Below are positions 1 to 11,236 of a DNA stretch of 64,000 nucleotides, piece by piece. The stretch is from an uncultured Gemmatimonadaceae bacterium (GTDB lineage: Bacteria > Gemmatimonadota > Gemmatimonadetes > Gemmatimonadales > Gemmatimonadaceae). The first letter of the stretch is position 1; each line of letters begins with the position of its first letter. The notes beneath the pieces were generated by a model. That model did not search any database, was not told where the DNA came from, and saw only the letters and a list, made by a program, of their open reading frames with translations. The position numbers and the translations under genes are program-made. The DNA is taken from NCBI GenBank assembly GCA_963843845.1, contig CAWJMB010000002.1, positions 2,144,001 to 2,208,000 on the forward strand. Direction: 5' to 3'.

Positions 1-500
1 ATCGCCATCGACGACGCCGGATCGACGAGCTGCACCATCCCGACGAGCCCTTCCGGCGCGACGACCGGGGTGAACGGCTGCACGCCGGCTCCTGACCCCG
101 CGCTCACCGTGAACGTCTGGACGAGCTGTTGCCGCACGAGATCGCTCTCGAGCTGCGCCGGGCTGGCCTCCGCCGCGATGAAGCCCCACCCCAGTCGCGA
201 CCCGAGCCCGAGCATTGCCCGCAAGCGCGCGTTCTCGGTCGTGAGCGCGACCAGTTCGGCGCGCGACTGCGCGTCGGTGCCGAGATCGCGGACCCTGGCG
301 CCGTAGGAGAGGAACGCGGCGCGCCGCTCCTGGGCCCCGCGCTGCAGCGACGCGAACGGCGCGACGATCGTGCGGCGCAGCGCCGCGGCGGTCTCGTCGC
401 GCCGCGCATCGGGGAGAAAGATCATGAGCAGCGATCCGACGACGCAGCTCACGAGCAGCGCGTAGTCGAGGACGCTGCGACTTCGCGTCGCTCTCGCCAT
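1..500 (-). CDS. mreC: Rod shape-determining protein MreC (runs off the window edge)
   Basis: Manually translated from ATG at 500: MARATRSRSVLDYALLVSCVVGSLLMIF (TM segment), ENARLRAMLG coiled coil, GVQPFTPVVAPEGLVG. Lies directly downstream of mreB. Confidence 0.85.
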   Translation of the reverse strand, partial: MARATRSRSVLDYALLVSCVVGSLLMIFLPDARRDETAAALRRTIVAPFASLQRGAQERRAAFLSYGARVRDLGTDAQSRAELVALTTENARLRAMLGLGSRLGWGFIAAEASPAQLESDLVRQQLVQTFTVSAGSGAGVQPFTPVVAPEGLVGMVQLVDPASSMA

Positions 501-515
501 CGCCGGTTACGTCCG

Positions 516-1553
516 TTAGGTCGTGAGCACCGACCAGTATTTCTCCTCGTCGTCGAGAATGCGCCCCGTGCCGCGTACCACACAGGTCAGCGGATCGTCG
601 TCGACGTGGATCGGGAGCCCCGTCTCCTGACTCAGCATCAAGTCGAGCCCGCGAATCAGCGCGCCGCCCCCCGTCATCACGATCCCGCGATCGACGATGT
701 CGCTCGCCAGCTCCGGGGGCGTGATCTCGAGCGCACGGCGGACCGCGTCGACGATCTGCTGAATCGGCTCTTGGATCGCCTCGCGGATCTCGCTGGAGTG
801 AACGCGCACCGTCTTCGGAATCCCCGAGACGAGGTCGCGCCCCTTCACTTCCATCTCGCGCTCGTCGCCGGTCGGGTACGCGGAACCGATCGTGATCTTG
901 ATGAGCTCCGCGGTCGGCTCGCCGATCAGCAGGTTGTAGTTCTTCCGCATGAACTGCACGATCGCGATGTCGAGCTCGTCGCCGCCGGTGCGGATCGACG
1001 TGTCGCTGACGATGCCGCTCAGTGCGATGACGGCGATCTCGGTCGTGCCGCCGCCGATGTCGATCACCATGTTCCCCGTCGGGCTCTCGACCGGCAGCCC
1101 GACCCCGATCGCCGCGGCCATCGGCTCGGAGACCATGAACACCTCTTTCGCCCCCGCGCCGATCGCCGAGTCGCGCACGGCGCGTTTCTCGACCTCGGTG
1201 ATCCCCGAGGGGACGCACACGATGACGCGCGGCTTCACCTTGAAGACGTGCTTGTCGATCACGAGCGTGAGGAAGTAGCGGAGCATCTTCTCCGTCACGT
1301 CGAAGTCGGCGATGACTCCGTCCTTCAGCGGCCGCACAGCCGTGATCCCTTCGGGCGTACGGCCGAGCATGCGCTTCGCCTCGAGGCCCACGCCCTTCAT
1401 CTTCTTCGTCTCCCGGTCGATCGCGACCACGGACGGCTCGTTCAGGACGATTCCTTCGCCCTTGACGTAGATCAGCGTGTTCGCGGTGCCGAGGTCGACG
1501 GCGATCGCATTCGCGGGGAAGAGCGACCCCGATTTCGAGAAAGGCCAGCGCAT
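516..1553 (-). CDS. mreB: Actin-like ATPase MreB
   Basis: [27 protein letters not shown] and TGGGAL motifs. Confidence 0.97.
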   Translation of the reverse strand: MRWPFSKSGSLFPANAIAVDLGTANTLIYVKGEGIVLNEPSVVAIDRETKKMKGVGLEAKRMLGRTPEGITAVRPLKDGVIADFDVTEKMLRYFLTLVIDKHVFKVKPRVIVCVPSGITEVEKRAVRDSAIGAGAKEVFMVSEPMAAAIGVGLPVESPTGNMVIDIGGGTTEIAVIALSGIVSDTSIRTGGDELDIAIVQFMRKNYNLLIGEPTAELIKITIGSAYPTGDEREMEVKGRDLVSGIPKTVRVHSSEIREAIQEPIQQIVDAVRRALEITPPELASDIVDRGIVMTGGGALIRGLDLMLSQETGLPIHVDDDPLTCVVRGTGRILDDEEKYWSVLTT

Positions 1554-1631
1554 CGAGGATTTCAGTGATTGCGGGCGAAGCCCCCGCAGGCGCGTAACCT
1601 ATGCGCCGCCGGGTGCCCGTTCAACGCACGA

Positions 1632-2765
1632 TCACGCTGCTCTCGCAGTCGTGTGCAGCATGTCCGACGGATCCGTGTACGACATCCCGAACGCCTCGGC
1701 GACCGCGGCGTAGGTCACCTTGCCGTCGACGACGTTGAGCCCCTTGAGCAGCGCGGAGTTGTCGCGTAGCGCCTGCCGCCACCCCTTGTTGGCGAGCTGG
1801 AGCGCGTACGGCAGCGTCGCGTTCGTGAGCGCGAGCGTCGAGGTGCGCGGTACGCCGCCAGGCATGTTCGCGACGCCATAGTGGATGACGCCGTCGATCA
1901 CGTACGTCGGGTTCTCGTGCGTCGTCGGCGTGATCGTCTCGATGCATCCGCCCTGATCGACCGCGACGTCGACGATGACGGCGCCCTTGCGCATCGTGCC
2001 GATGTCCTCGCGCCGCACCAGCTTCGGCGCCTTCGCCCCAGGGATCAGCACGGCGCCGACCACGAGATCGGCCGTGCAGATCTGCTCGAGGATGTTCTGT
2101 CGGTTCGAGTAGATGAGCTGCACGTTCGCCGGCATCACGTCGGACAGATAGCGCAGCCGGTCGAGATTCACGTCGAGCACGACGACTTTCGCACCCATGC
2201 CGGCCGCCATCTTGGCCGCGTTGATCCCGACGATGCCACCGCCGAGGATCACGACCTTCGCCGGCGCCACACCCGGAACGCCGCCTAACAGCACGCCGCG
2301 CCCGCCGTACAGCTTCTCGAGGTACTTCGCGCCCTCCTGCACCGCCATGCGGCCCGCGACCTCCGACATCGGCGTGAGCAGCGGCAGCTCGCGCGTCGGC
2401 AGCTCGACGGTCTCGTACGCGATGCACGTCGCGCCGCTGTCGATGTGCGCGCGGGTGAGCTGCTCGTCGGCCGCGAAGTGGAAGTAGGTGAACAGCGTCT
2501 GCCCAGGGCGCATGCGCGGCCACTCGACGGCGATCGGCTCCTTCACCTTCATGATCATGTCGGCCGCCGCCCACACGTCGTTCGCCGCCGCGCCGATCTC
2601 CGCGCCGACGTTCGTGTAGTCCGCGTCCGAGAAGCCGCTCCCCTCACCCGCCGTGGTCTCGACGAGGACGCGGTGTCCGTTGCTGATGAGCGCCTCCGCG
2701 CCGGCCGGCACGAGCGCGACGCGGTTCTCGTTCGTCTTGATCTCTTTCGGTACGCCGATGAGCAT
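1632..2765 (-). CDS. ald: Alanine dehydrogenase
   Basis: [25 protein letters not shown] Rossmann motif, [14 protein letters not shown]. Confidence 0.96.
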   Translation of the reverse strand: MLIGVPKEIKTNENRVALVPAGAEALISNGHRVLVETTAGEGSGFSDADYTNVGAEIGAAANDVWAAADMIMKVKEPIAVEWPRMRPGQTLFTYFHFAADEQLTRAHIDSGATCIAYETVELPTRELPLLTPMSEVAGRMAVQEGAKYLEKLYGGRGVLLGGVPGVAPAKVVILGGGIVGINAAKMAAGMGAKVVVLDVNLDRLRYLSDVMPANVQLIYSNRQNILEQICTADLVVGAVLIPGAKAPKLVRREDIGTMRKGAVIVDVAVDQGGCIETITPTTHENPTYVIDGVIHYGVANMPGGVPRTSTLALTNATLPYALQLANKGWRQALRDNSALLKGLNVVDGKVTYAAVAEAFGMSYTDPSDMLHTTARAA

Positions 2766-2816
2766 GGCGGGCGATGGTTGAGGATCGGATTGCGGGAGGC
2801 GCGGACCGGTGTGCGC

Positions 2817-4103
2817 TCAGGCGACCGCTTTCGGCCCGAGGCTCAGCATGGTCTGGCGCTCCGGTGCGAAGAACTCGGCGCAGACGTTCCGCACGTCGTC
2901 GTCCGTGATCTGCTCGACGAGCGCGAGCGACTCGTCGAGGGTGCGGAACGGCTCGTCGAACAGATCGACGCCGGCCGCGCGATACATCCGGTTCGTCACG
3001 CTCTCGAGCGACAGCGTGATCTGCCCCTTGAGCTGCTGCTTCCCCGCCTGCAACTCGGCGTCGGGCACGCCCTCGGTCGCGAGCGTCGCCAGCTCCTCGA
3101 GCACCGACGCGACGGCCTGCTTGGCATTCTTCGGAGCGGTGGCGACGTAGACGCCGTGCATGCCGGTGTCGACGTGAAAGCTCTGGAACGTGTGCACCGA
3201 GTACGCGAGTCCCTGCTCCTCGCGCACTTTCTGGAACAGCCGCGAGCTCATCCCGCCGCCGAGCAGCATGCTGACGAGCGCGAGCGCGTGGCGGCGCCGG
3301 TCGTGATGCGCGAGCGTCGTGGAGCCGAGCACGACGTGCGTCTGCGTCAGCTTGCGGTCGCCGACGTGCTTGTACGCCGCGGCATTCGGCAGCGGCGCGC
3401 GCGTCGACAGCGGCGTCGCATCGCGCCGCTCGAGACGATCCCACCCCGCGCGCGCGAGCGACGCGACGAGGTCGTCATGATCCACGCGCCCCGCAGCCGC
3501 CACGATCACGCGCCCCGGGTGGTAGGCTCGCTCGTGCAGCGCGCGGAGCTCGGCGGTGCCTAACGCGCCCACCGTGTCACGCGTCCCGAGGATGGAGTAG
3601 CCGTACGGGTGCTCGCCCCACAACAGCTCGTTGTGCAGCTCGAAGACCAGGTCGTCGGGCGTGTCCTCCACCATCCCGATCTCTTCGATCACGACGTTTC
3701 GCTCGAGCGCGAGGTCGGCGTCCCGCAGCGACGGGCGGAACACGAGGTCGCCGATGACGTCGGTCGCAACGTCGAGATGCTCGTCGAGCACGCGCGCCTG
3801 GAACGCCGTGTACTCGCGCGTCGTGTACGCGTCGAGCGAGCCGCCCAACGTTTCGACCTCGAGCGAGAGCTGTCTCGCGGTCCGCGTCGGTGTTCCCTTG
3901 AACACCATGTGCTCGAGCAGGTGCGCGACGCCCATCTGCTCGCGCGACTCATGGATCGATCCGGCCTGCACGAACGCCCCGAACGCAACCGACCGCACTC
4001 CCGGAATCTCCTCCGAGAGTACGGTCAGCCCGTTGTCGAGCACCGTGCGGCGGAGTCCCGCCACGTCGAAGCCGACGGGCGGGGCCACCAGAGTGTGCGC
4101 CAC
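2817..4103 (-). CDS. M16 (pitrilysin-family) zinc metallopeptidase
   Basis: Inverted zinc motif HLLEH (GVAHLLEHMVFKGT), GGGMSSRLFQKVRE. Start placed at GTG 4103, just after the pnp stop; the ORF-track start at 4241 overlaps pnp. Confidence 0.92.
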   Translation of the reverse strand: MAHTLVAPPVGFDVAGLRRTVLDNGLTVLSEEIPGVRSVAFGAFVQAGSIHESREQMGVAHLLEHMVFKGTPTRTARQLSLEVETLGGSLDAYTTREYTAFQARVLDEHLDVATDVIGDLVFRPSLRDADLALERNVVIEEIGMVEDTPDDLVFELHNELLWGEHPYGYSILGTRDTVGALGTAELRALHERAYHPGRVIVAAAGRVDHDDLVASLARAGWDRLERRDATPLSTRAPLPNAAAYKHVGDRKLTQTHVVLGSTTLAHHDRRRHALALVSMLLGGGMSSRLFQKVREEQGLAYSVHTFQSFHVDTGMHGVYVATAPKNAKQAVASVLEELATLATEGVPDAELQAGKQQLKGQITLSLESVTNRMYRAAGVDLFDEPFRTLDESLALVEQITDDDVRNVCAEFFAPERQTMLSLGPKAVA

Positions 4104-4107
4104 GCCC

Positions 4108-6360
4108 CTAGCGCTCGCCTCGGTCGTCGCGGTTGCCGCCGCGCCGCGGGCCGCGCCCGCGCGCCGACGCGTCGCCCTCGCCCCCTTCGGCGCCGGCGCC
4201 CTCGCTCCGCGGACCGCGGTCCTCGCGACGCGGGCGGTCACCGTTCCCCCCCTCGGGCGCGTCGACCATCCCTTCCGGCTTCGGCTCCAGCGCCTTCATC
4301 GACAGGCGCAGTCGTCCGCGCTCGTCGCGGTCGATGAGCTTCACCTTCACCGCGTCACCCTTCTTCACGACGTCCTCGGTCTTCTCGACCCGACCGTGAC
4401 GCATCTCGGAGATGTGCAGCAGCGCCTCGGTCCCCGGCATGATCTCGATGAACGCGCCGAACGCGGTCGTGCTCTTGACGGTGCCCTCGTACGTCTCGCC
4501 GACGATCGGCTCGGCCGTGATCGCCTGCACCATCGAGCGCGCCCGCTCCATCGCCTCGCCGCCGACCGCCGCGATCGTCACCAGGCCGGTGTCGTCGACC
4601 GAGAGCTCGGCGCCGCTCTCGTCCTGGATGCCGCGGATCGTCTTCCCCTTCGGGCCGATGAGGTCGCCGATCTTCTCCGGGCTGATCTGCACCGTGACGA
4701 TGCGCGGCGCGTATGTGGAGAGCTCGCTCTTCGGCGCGCCGAGCGCCTTCTCCATCTCGCCGAGGATGTGCAGACGTCCGTCCTTCGCCTGCGCGAGCGC
4801 CTCGGTCATGATCTTGAGGTCGAGCCCCTCGATCTTGATGTCCATCTGGATCGACGTGATCCCCTTCGCCGTCCCGGCGACCTTGAAGTCCATGTCCCCG
4901 AGATGATCTTCGGTGCCGAGGATGTCCGTGAGGATCGCATAGTCGTCGCCTTCCTTGATCAGCCCCATCGCCACGCCCGCGACCGCACCGTGCGTCGGCA
5001 CGCCGGCGTCGAACAGCGCGAGCGAGCCGCCGCACACCGAGGCCATCGACGAGGAGCCGTTCGACTCGAGGACGTCGGAGACGATGCGCAGCGTGTACGG
5101 GAACTCCGCGAAGTCCGGCAGCACCCCCTGGAGCGCCCGCTCGGCGAGGTTGCCGTGGCCGATCTCGCGACGGCTCGTCCCGCGCACCGGCCGCACCTCG
5201 CCCGTCGAGAACGGCGGGAAGTTGTAGTGCAGCATGAACGTCTTCTCGCTCTCGCCCGCCGTGTCGATCGAGTCGAGCCGCTGCACGTCCTTCGAGGTGC
5301 CCAACGTCACCGCGACGAGCGCCTGCGTCTGGCCGCGCGTGAACAGCGCCGAGCCGTGCGCGCGCGGCAGCAGTCCGACGTCGATCGAGATCGGACGCAC
5401 TTCGTTCGGCTTGCGGCCGTCGACACGGAGGCCAGTCGTCAGCACCTGCGAGCGCAGCGCCGTGTATTCGAGGTCGCCGAGGATCGCGCCGAAATCCTTC
5501 GAGTTGTCGGGGAGTTCGGGAAGCAACTGCTCCTTCACCGCCTTCTTGACGTCCTCGACGGCCTGCATGCGGGTGTGCTTGTCCGCCTGGTTGATCGCCT
5601 CGGCGATCTTCCCCTCGGCGAGCGCCTTCACGCGCATCGTGACGTTTTCCGGGATCTCGGCCTTCGTCCACGCCATCTTCGCCGGGCGCTCGATCTTCCC
5701 GAGCAGCTCCTCCTGCATCGCGATGAGCTCGCGAATGCCGCCGTGCCCGACGCCGAGCGCGTCGACGATGTCCTGCTCGCTGACTTCGAGCGCGCCGCCT
5801 TCGACCATGACGATCGAGTCCTGCGATCCGGTGATCGTCAGCTCGATGTCGCTGTACTGCAACTGCTGGAACGTCGGGTTCAACAGCCAGTTGTTCTGCA
5901 CGCGCCCGACACGGACGCCGGCGATGAGGCCCATGAAGGGGACCTTCGACGCATTCAGCGCGAACGACGTCGCGACGAGGGCGAGCGAGTCCGGGTCGTT
6001 CTCCTGATCGGCGGAGATCACGTAGACGAACACCTGGACCTCGTTCTTGAACCCTTCCGGGAACAACGGACGGATCGACCGATCGACGATGCGCGCCGAC
6101 AGGATCTCGTTGTCGTTCGGACGCCCTTCACGCTTGATGAAGCCGCCGGGGATCTTGCCCGCAGCGTACGTCTTCTCGCGGTACTCGACCGTCAGGGGGA
6201 AGAACGGGAGCGAGCTCTGATTGTCGCTCACCGTGACGGTCGCGAGCACCATCGTGTCACCGAACGTGACGAGCGCCGAGCCGGCAGCCTGCTTCGCCAT
6301 CCGCCCCGTCTCGATGACGAGCTTGCGGCCGGCGAACGTGCGTTCCACGCGTTGCATCAT
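4108..6360 (-). CDS. pnp: Polyribonucleotide nucleotidyltransferase (PNPase)
   Basis: GKIPGGFIKREGRP, RREIGHG, ESNGSSSMASVCG, DHLGDMDFKVAG, KH and S1 domains. Confidence 0.98.
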   Translation of the reverse strand: MMQRVERTFAGRKLVIETGRMAKQAAGSALVTFGDTMVLATVTVSDNQSSLPFFPLTVEYREKTYAAGKIPGGFIKREGRPNDNEILSARIVDRSIRPLFPEGFKNEVQVFVYVISADQENDPDSLALVATSFALNASKVPFMGLIAGVRVGRVQNNWLLNPTFQQLQYSDIELTITGSQDSIVMVEGGALEVSEQDIVDALGVGHGGIRELIAMQEELLGKIERPAKMAWTKAEIPENVTMRVKALAEGKIAEAINQADKHTRMQAVEDVKKAVKEQLLPELPDNSKDFGAILGDLEYTALRSQVLTTGLRVDGRKPNEVRPISIDVGLLPRAHGSALFTRGQTQALVAVTLGTSKDVQRLDSIDTAGESEKTFMLHYNFPPFSTGEVRPVRGTSRREIGHGNLAERALQGVLPDFAEFPYTLRIVSDVLESNGSSSMASVCGGSLALFDAGVPTHGAVAGVAMGLIKEGDDYAILTDILGTEDHLGDMDFKVAGTAKGITSIQMDIKIEGLDLKIMTEALAQAKDGRLHILGEMEKALGAPKSELSTYAPRIVTVQISPEKIGDLIGPKGKTIRGIQDESGAELSVDDTGLVTIAAVGGEAMERARSMVQAITAEPIVGETYEGTVKSTTAFGAFIEIMPGTEALLHISEMRHGRVEKTEDVVKKGDAVKVKLIDRDERGRLRLSMKALEPKPEGMVDAPEGGNGDRPRREDRGPRSEGAGAEGGEGDASARGRGPRRGGNRDDRGER

Positions 6361-6377
6361 TGCTTTCGGACCTCAGG

Positions 6378-6411
6378 AAAACACAAAACGCGCGGGCAGC
6401 ATGCCCGCGCG
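6378..6411 (-). terminator. Intrinsic terminator between rpsO and pnp
   Basis: 10-bp stem CGCGCGGGCA/TGCCCGCGCG (6389-6411) followed on the minus strand by TTTTGTGTTTT. Confidence 0.75.
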
Positions 6412-6430
6412 ATCGCGCCCGGAATTCGGG

Positions 6431-6691
6431 TTAGTGACGGAGACCAAGCTCCGAGACGAGCTGCCGGTACTCTTCGACGCTTTCTCGCTTCAGGTAGTCC
6501 AACAGCCGACGGCGCTTGCCGACCATCTTGAGCAGGCCGAGCCGGCCGTGATGATCCTTCGCATGCGTGCGGAAGTGACCGGTCAGATAGTTGATGCGGT
6601 CGGTCAGAATCGAGATCTGCACACGCGGCGAGCCCGTATCGGACTCGTGCCGGCGGTACTTCTCGATGGTCGCTGCTTTTTGGAAAGCCAT
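6431..6691 (-). CDS. rpsO: 30S ribosomal protein S15
   Basis: [36 protein letters not shown]. Confidence 0.97.
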   Translation of the reverse strand: MAFQKAATIEKYRRHESDTGSPRVQISILTDRINYLTGHFRTHAKDHHGRLGLLKMVGKRRRLLDYLKRESVEEYRQLVSELGLRH

Positions 6692-6749
6692 GGGTTATAT
6701 TCTCCGCACGTCCAGTGCGCTCGCTGTGCGCATTCGAAGTAAGCATCAC

Positions 6750-6778
6750 AACTTACCTCGGGCCGACTGGACTGTAAA
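6750..6778 (-). promoter_or_regulatory. Sigma70-type promoter of rpsO-pnp
   Basis: Minus strand TTTACA-17 bp-TAAGTT. Confidence 0.6.
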
Positions 6779-6828
6779 GGCGTCGCCACACGACCCCGCC
6801 CGGCGCGCTGAGCTTCCTCGCCGCCCTC

Positions 6829-8451
6829 GTGCCTGAGTCGTCGCCGGAGCCGATCGCGAGCCGATCCATCGGTCGCTACGAGGTGCGTCGCCTCCTCGGC
6901 GCCGGAGGCTTCGCGCGAGTCTACCTCGCATGGGATCCCGAGCTGGACGTCGAGGTCGCGATCAAACTGCCGAAGCCGGAGCTGGCCGGCGACGTCGACG
7001 CGCTCGAGCGGTTCCGGCGAGAGGCGACGACCGCCGCGCGGCTCCGGCATCCGAACATCGTCACGATCCTGACGGTCGGGCGGCTCGAGGCGACGTTCGA
7101 TGGGGTGCCGGAGGGGACGCCGTACCTGGTCATGGACTCGCTCCCCGATTCGCTGGCGGCACGGTTGGACGCTGCCGGGACGCTCCCGGAGTCCGAGTGG
7201 CTCCGTGTCGGCCAGGAAGTCGCGCGCGGGCTCGCCTACGCACACGCCCACGGCGTCGTGCACCGCGACGTGAAGCCGGACAACGTCCTGTTCGGTCGCC
7301 GCGGCGAAGCGGTCGTCACCGACTTCGGCATCGCGCGGGCCGTCACCCACCGCAGCGGCGGCGCGAGCCGCAGCATGGTGCTCGGCACACCCGAGTACTT
7401 CTCGCCCGAGCAGGCTCGCGGGCTACCGCTCGACGGCCGCACCGACGTGTACGCACTCGGCGTCACCCTGTATCGCACGGCGACCGGGGTGTTGCCGTTC
7501 GACGGCGACGACTGGTACGCGATCATGCGGCAGCACGTCGAGGTGGCGCCGGAGCCGCCGCAGACGCACGTGCCGTCGATCAGCGACGCCGCGCAAGCGA
7601 TCGTGCTGCGCTGTCTGGAAAAGCGCCCCGACGATCGCTTCCAGTCTGCGGCCGACCTCGCGGCAGCACTCGGTGCTGCGAGCGGCGACGCGAGCGTGCT
7701 CCCCGTGGGAGCCGACACGACCGTCGAGCTGCGACCCGCGCGAGTCACCACCCGTCGGCGACGGAGCGTCGTCGGCGCCGTCGGGGCCGTCGCAGCGATC
7801 GGCGTCGCGACCGCGGCGTTCCTCTCGCTCCGCCCCGCGCCGGCGCCCGTGCCGACATCGGTCGTTCGCATCGACTCGACGTTCCCGTTGGACACTCCCG
7901 TCGTCGCCGAGAGCACGCCCGCTGTTGCTCCTGCGACGCTCACGCCTGCGCCGGTCGTCCTGACCCCTCCGCTTCGCCCGCCCACGCCGACGCGAGCGAG
8001 CGGCGCCGTCGCGATCACCGCGCCGGCGAGCGCGGCGATCTTCGTCGATGAAGGGTACGTGGGGAACGGCACGGTGCGTGTCGACACGCTCCGCGCCGGA
8101 CGTCACGTCGTGCGCGCGACGGTGCCGAGCGAACGGGACTGCTCGACCAGTTCGCGCGAGACGACGATCGATCTGCGGCGCGGCGACGAGCGGCGCGTCA
8201 CGCTGCGCCCGCGCCCATGTGGCCGGTTGGAGCTGACCGTGTCGCCACAGCGCGGCGCGGTCGTGACGATCACGGGCGACGACACGAATCTGCCGAACAT
8301 GCGCCTTCCGCTCGAGCGCCCGTTGATTCTGCCGGAAGGGCGCTACCGCATCGTCATCGACGCGCCCGCCTGTGCCTCGTACGATGGGATCTACGACGTC
8401 GATCCAAGCAAGCCGCCAGCGGCGAAGCGCGTCGCGCTGGTGTGCTCCTAA
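6829..8451 (+). CDS. Hanks-type Ser/Thr protein kinase with TM segment and PEGA-like C-terminal beta domains
   Basis: LGAGGFARVY, VAIK, HRDVKPDN, DFG, GTPEYFSPEQ; hydrophobic stretch VVGAVGAVAAIGVATAAFLSL; Pro/Thr linker; C-terminal repeats such as IFVDEGYVG and LPEGRYRIVI. Confidence 0.92.
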   Translation: MPESSPEPIASRSIGRYEVRRLLGAGGFARVYLAWDPELDVEVAIKLPKPELAGDVDALERFRREATTAARLRHPNIVTILTVGRLEATFDGVPEGTPYLVMDSLPDSLAARLDAAGTLPESEWLRVGQEVARGLAYAHAHGVVHRDVKPDNVLFGRRGEAVVTDFGIARAVTHRSGGASRSMVLGTPEYFSPEQARGLPLDGRTDVYALGVTLYRTATGVLPFDGDDWYAIMRQHVEVAPEPPQTHVPSISDAAQAIVLRCLEKRPDDRFQSAADLAAALGAASGDASVLPVGADTTVELRPARVTTRRRRSVVGAVGAVAAIGVATAAFLSLRPAPAPVPTSVVRIDSTFPLDTPVVAESTPAVAPATLTPAPVVLTPPLRPPTPTRASGAVAITAPASAAIFVDEGYVGNGTVRVDTLRAGRHVVRATVPSERDCSTSSRETTIDLRRGDERRVTLRPRPCGRLELTVSPQRGAVVTITGDDTNLPNMRLPLERPLILPEGRYRIVIDAPACASYDGIYDVDPSKPPAAKRVALVCS

Positions 8452-8867
8452 CGCAATCCCGCGACGGTGGCGATCCCGGCCACGCTCCCGCTCGCCACGC
8501 CGATCCAGAACGCGCGGTGCCGCAGCAACCCGATGCGCGGGGGCGAGAGCAGCGCGACGTGCTCCGACGACAGGTCTGTCGTCAGCCCGGTGACGAGGGC
8601 GATCGCCGTATCGCCGTCCACACGCTGTACGACGTAGCGCGCGACGAGGGCATCGTGCCGTCGCGGGTCGACGGCCAGCCCGACCGTCCCCCGCCGAACC
8701 CAGCGCGCGTTCGTCGTGCTGAAGCGGAGCAGCGTGTCCGACGTGCTCAGAATCGCGAATCGGCGCGCCGAGGCGGGGTCCGGATAGCGCACCGCGCGCC
8801 GGTGCGCGCACCCGGTCAGCCCGGCGATGAGGAGCGCGAGCGACAGCATGGCCGCCCGCAGGCCCAT
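8448..8867 (-). CDS. Hypothetical lipoprotein with C-terminal hydrophobic anchor
   Basis: ATG at 8867 right after the rseP stop; lipobox LTGC; C-terminal FWIGVASGSVAGIATVAGL. Confidence 0.65.
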   Translation of the reverse strand: MGLRAAMLSLALLIAGLTGCAHRRAVRYPDPASARRFAILSTSDTLLRFSTTNARWVRRGTVGLAVDPRRHDALVARYVVQRVDGDTAIALVTGLTTDLSSEHVALLSPPRIGLLRHRAFWIGVASGSVAGIATVAGLR

Positions 8868-8868
8868 G

Positions 8869-10086
8869 TCAGAACGCGCTGCTGACGAGGCGCGCGATGT
8901 CATTCCACATCACCGTCACGAATAGCGCCGCGATCGCGACGAGGCCGACGCGCAGGATGTTCTCCCGCGTGCGGACGCTGAACGCACTTCCCTTCGCCGT
9001 CTCGAGCACGTTGATCAGCACCTGCCCGCCATCGAGCACCGGGATCGGGAGCAGGTTGAGCACGGCGATGTTGATGCTGAGGAACGCGATGAGCGCGAGC
9101 AACGGCTCCACGCCGCCGCGCGCCGCCTGCACGGACGTCTGCGCGATCGCGACCGGGCCGCCGAGACTCGAGACCGGCACGCGGCGCTCGATCAGCCCCT
9201 TGAGCACGCCGAACACGGCGCCCGCGGAGTACCACGTCGTGCGCAGTCCGTCGGCCAGCGCGCCCCCGACGCCGAGCGATTCGCGCTGCTCCTGCGTGCG
9301 GGGCGCGATGCCGACGCGGCCCACCCGGCGGCGCTCCTGCGTGATCTGGTCGGTGACGGACTGTTCGCGGGTCGTGACCGTGACCTGGCGCGTCGCGCCA
9401 CCACGAGCGACCGTGAACTCGATCGGGCGGTTGACCTGCGCCGTCACGCGCTCGAGCACGTCCGTCCACGTACGCACCGCCTCGCCGTTCACGGCCGTGA
9501 TGCTGTCGCCGCGGGCGAGCCCCGCCGCGGCAGCGGGCTGGCCGGGAAGCACCGAGTCGATGACCGCCGGCAGGTACGGCCGACCGAACGCGAGCGTGTT
9601 CGTCGTGTTCAGCACGATCGCGAGCACCGCGTTCATGGTCACGCCAGCGAGCAGGATCAGCAGCCGCTTCGGAAGCGACTTCGATTCGAACCAGCGATGC
9701 TCGGGAACGGGCTTCGGGCCGAAGGGCGCGAGCGCATCCGGGTCCCAGTCCTTTCGCGGGCGAGGATCACCGCTGTGATCGTCCACCGCGCGTCCGGCCG
9801 CGTTGCCGCCGGTCGTCGGCACTTCGCCCGCCGGGTGCTCCCCGCCCCCTTCGATGAACGCCATCGACTCGTCCTCTCGGGACGCCATGCGCACGTAGCC
9901 GCCTAACGGCAGGGCGGCGAGCACGTACTCGGTCTCTCCGCGACGCTTGCGGAACAGCGCCGGGCCGAAGCCGATCGAGAAGCGCGGCGCGTAGACGCCG
10001 ACGGCCTTCGCGGCGAGGAAGTGTCCGAGCTCGTGCACGAAAACCACGAGCCCGAACACGATGAGGGGAGCGAGAATCGCTAGCAT
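8869..10086 (-). CDS. rseP: RIP metalloprotease RseP (site-2 protease, PDZ domain)
   Basis: [29 protein letters not shown]. Confidence 0.95.
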   Translation of the reverse strand: MLAILAPLIVFGLVVFVHELGHFLAAKAVGVYAPRFSIGFGPALFRKRRGETEYVLAALPLGGYVRMASREDESMAFIEGGGEHPAGEVPTTGGNAAGRAVDDHSGDPRPRKDWDPDALAPFGPKPVPEHRWFESKSLPKRLLILLAGVTMNAVLAIVLNTTNTLAFGRPYLPAVIDSVLPGQPAAAAGLARGDSITAVNGEAVRTWTDVLERVTAQVNRPIEFTVARGGATRQVTVTTREQSVTDQITQERRRVGRVGIAPRTQEQRESLGVGGALADGLRTTWYSAGAVFGVLKGLIERRVPVSSLGGPVAIAQTSVQAARGGVEPLLALIAFLSINIAVLNLLPIPVLDGGQVLINVLETAKGSAFSVRTRENILRVGLVAIAALFVTVMWNDIARLVSSAF

Positions 10087-11236
10087 GTGAAGCGGTCACT
10101 GACGTGTCGGCGCGCTGCGGCGTCGGCGGCGAGTAGCGCGTCGCGCGAGTCGCTCGCCATGCCGCCGAGCGCGGCGAGTGCGCTCTCGATCGCGCGTGGA
10201 ATGTCGAGCAGCCCGATCTGGCCGTCGAGGAACAGGGCGACGGCGCGCTCGTTCGCCGCGTTGAACACTGCCGGCGCCGCTCCCCCGACTTCCCGGCCGC
10301 GATCCCGAGCTGGAGCGACGGGAAATCGGCGTGCCGCACCGGTTCGAACGTGAGCGGTCCGAGCTCGACCGGGTCGAACGGAGGTACCCCGGCGTCGGGC
10401 ACGCGTTCAGGATGCGTCAACGCGTACAGCACCGGCAGTTCCATGCTCGGCACGCCCATCTGGGCGAGGACGCTGCCATCGATGAACTCGACGAACGAGT
10501 GCACCACACTCTGCGGGTGGACGACGACCTCGATCCGATCGTAGGGCAGGCCGAACAGGAAATGCGCCTCGATCACCTCGAGTGCCTTGTTCGCGAGCGT
10601 CGCGCTGTCGACGGTGATCTTCCGGCCCATCGACCACGTCGGATGCTGCAGCGCCGCGTCGATCGTCGCGCGCTCGAGCCGGTCGCGCGGCCATGTGCGG
10701 AACGGGCCACCCGACGCGGTCAGGATGAGTCGCCGCACCTCCGATCGGTCGCGCCCTCCGATGCACTGCAGGATGGCCGAGTGCTCGCTGTCGACCGGAA
10801 CGATCTCGCCGCCCCCCTGCCGGGCAGCGTCGTGCGCGAGTTGCCCGGCTACGACGAGCGTCTCCTTGTTCGCGAGTGCGACCCGCTTCCCGGCGTGCAG
10901 CGCGGCGAGCGTCGCATCGAGCCCCGCCGCGCCGACGACGGCGTTCAGCACGATCGACGCATCGTCACGCGTCGCGGCCTCCACGAGGCACTCAGCACCG
11001 TGGCACCAGCCGCCCGTCGACGTCGACGGGTCGCCCGTCACGAGCCCGACGAAACTCGGCCGGAACTGTTCGGCCTGCGCGTGGAGCAGCGCCGCGTTCC
11101 CGTACGCGGTGAGCGCGGCGACGCGAAAGCGTGACTCCTGCCGCGCCAGCACCCGGAGCGCCGTCGTCCCGATCGACCCCGTGCTGCCGAGGATCGCGAC
11201 GCCGCGCGACTCTCCGGAGGCCATCGGTGGCGTCAT
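10080..11236 (-). CDS. dxr: 1-deoxy-D-xylulose-5-phosphate reductoisomerase; 1-nt frameshift at about 10282-10286, probably a sequencing error
   Basis: [37 protein letters not shown]. Adding one G to the G5 run restores [16 protein letters not shown] and joins the 10080..10268 fragment. Confidence 0.93.

Noticed and set aside
4104..4241. 134-bp overlap of the M16 peptidase with pnp
   Set aside because: A GTG at 4103 just after the pnp stop gives a normal-length protein; the extension is low complexity.
6739..6756. GTAAG-N8-CTTAC dyad upstream of rpsO
   Set aside because: Only 5-bp arms, and one arm is the -10 box; not enough for an operator call.
10280..10290. Programmed frameshift or phase variation in dxr
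   Set aside because: Short G5 run in a normally essential gene, in a window with many similar indels; sequencing error is more parsimonious.
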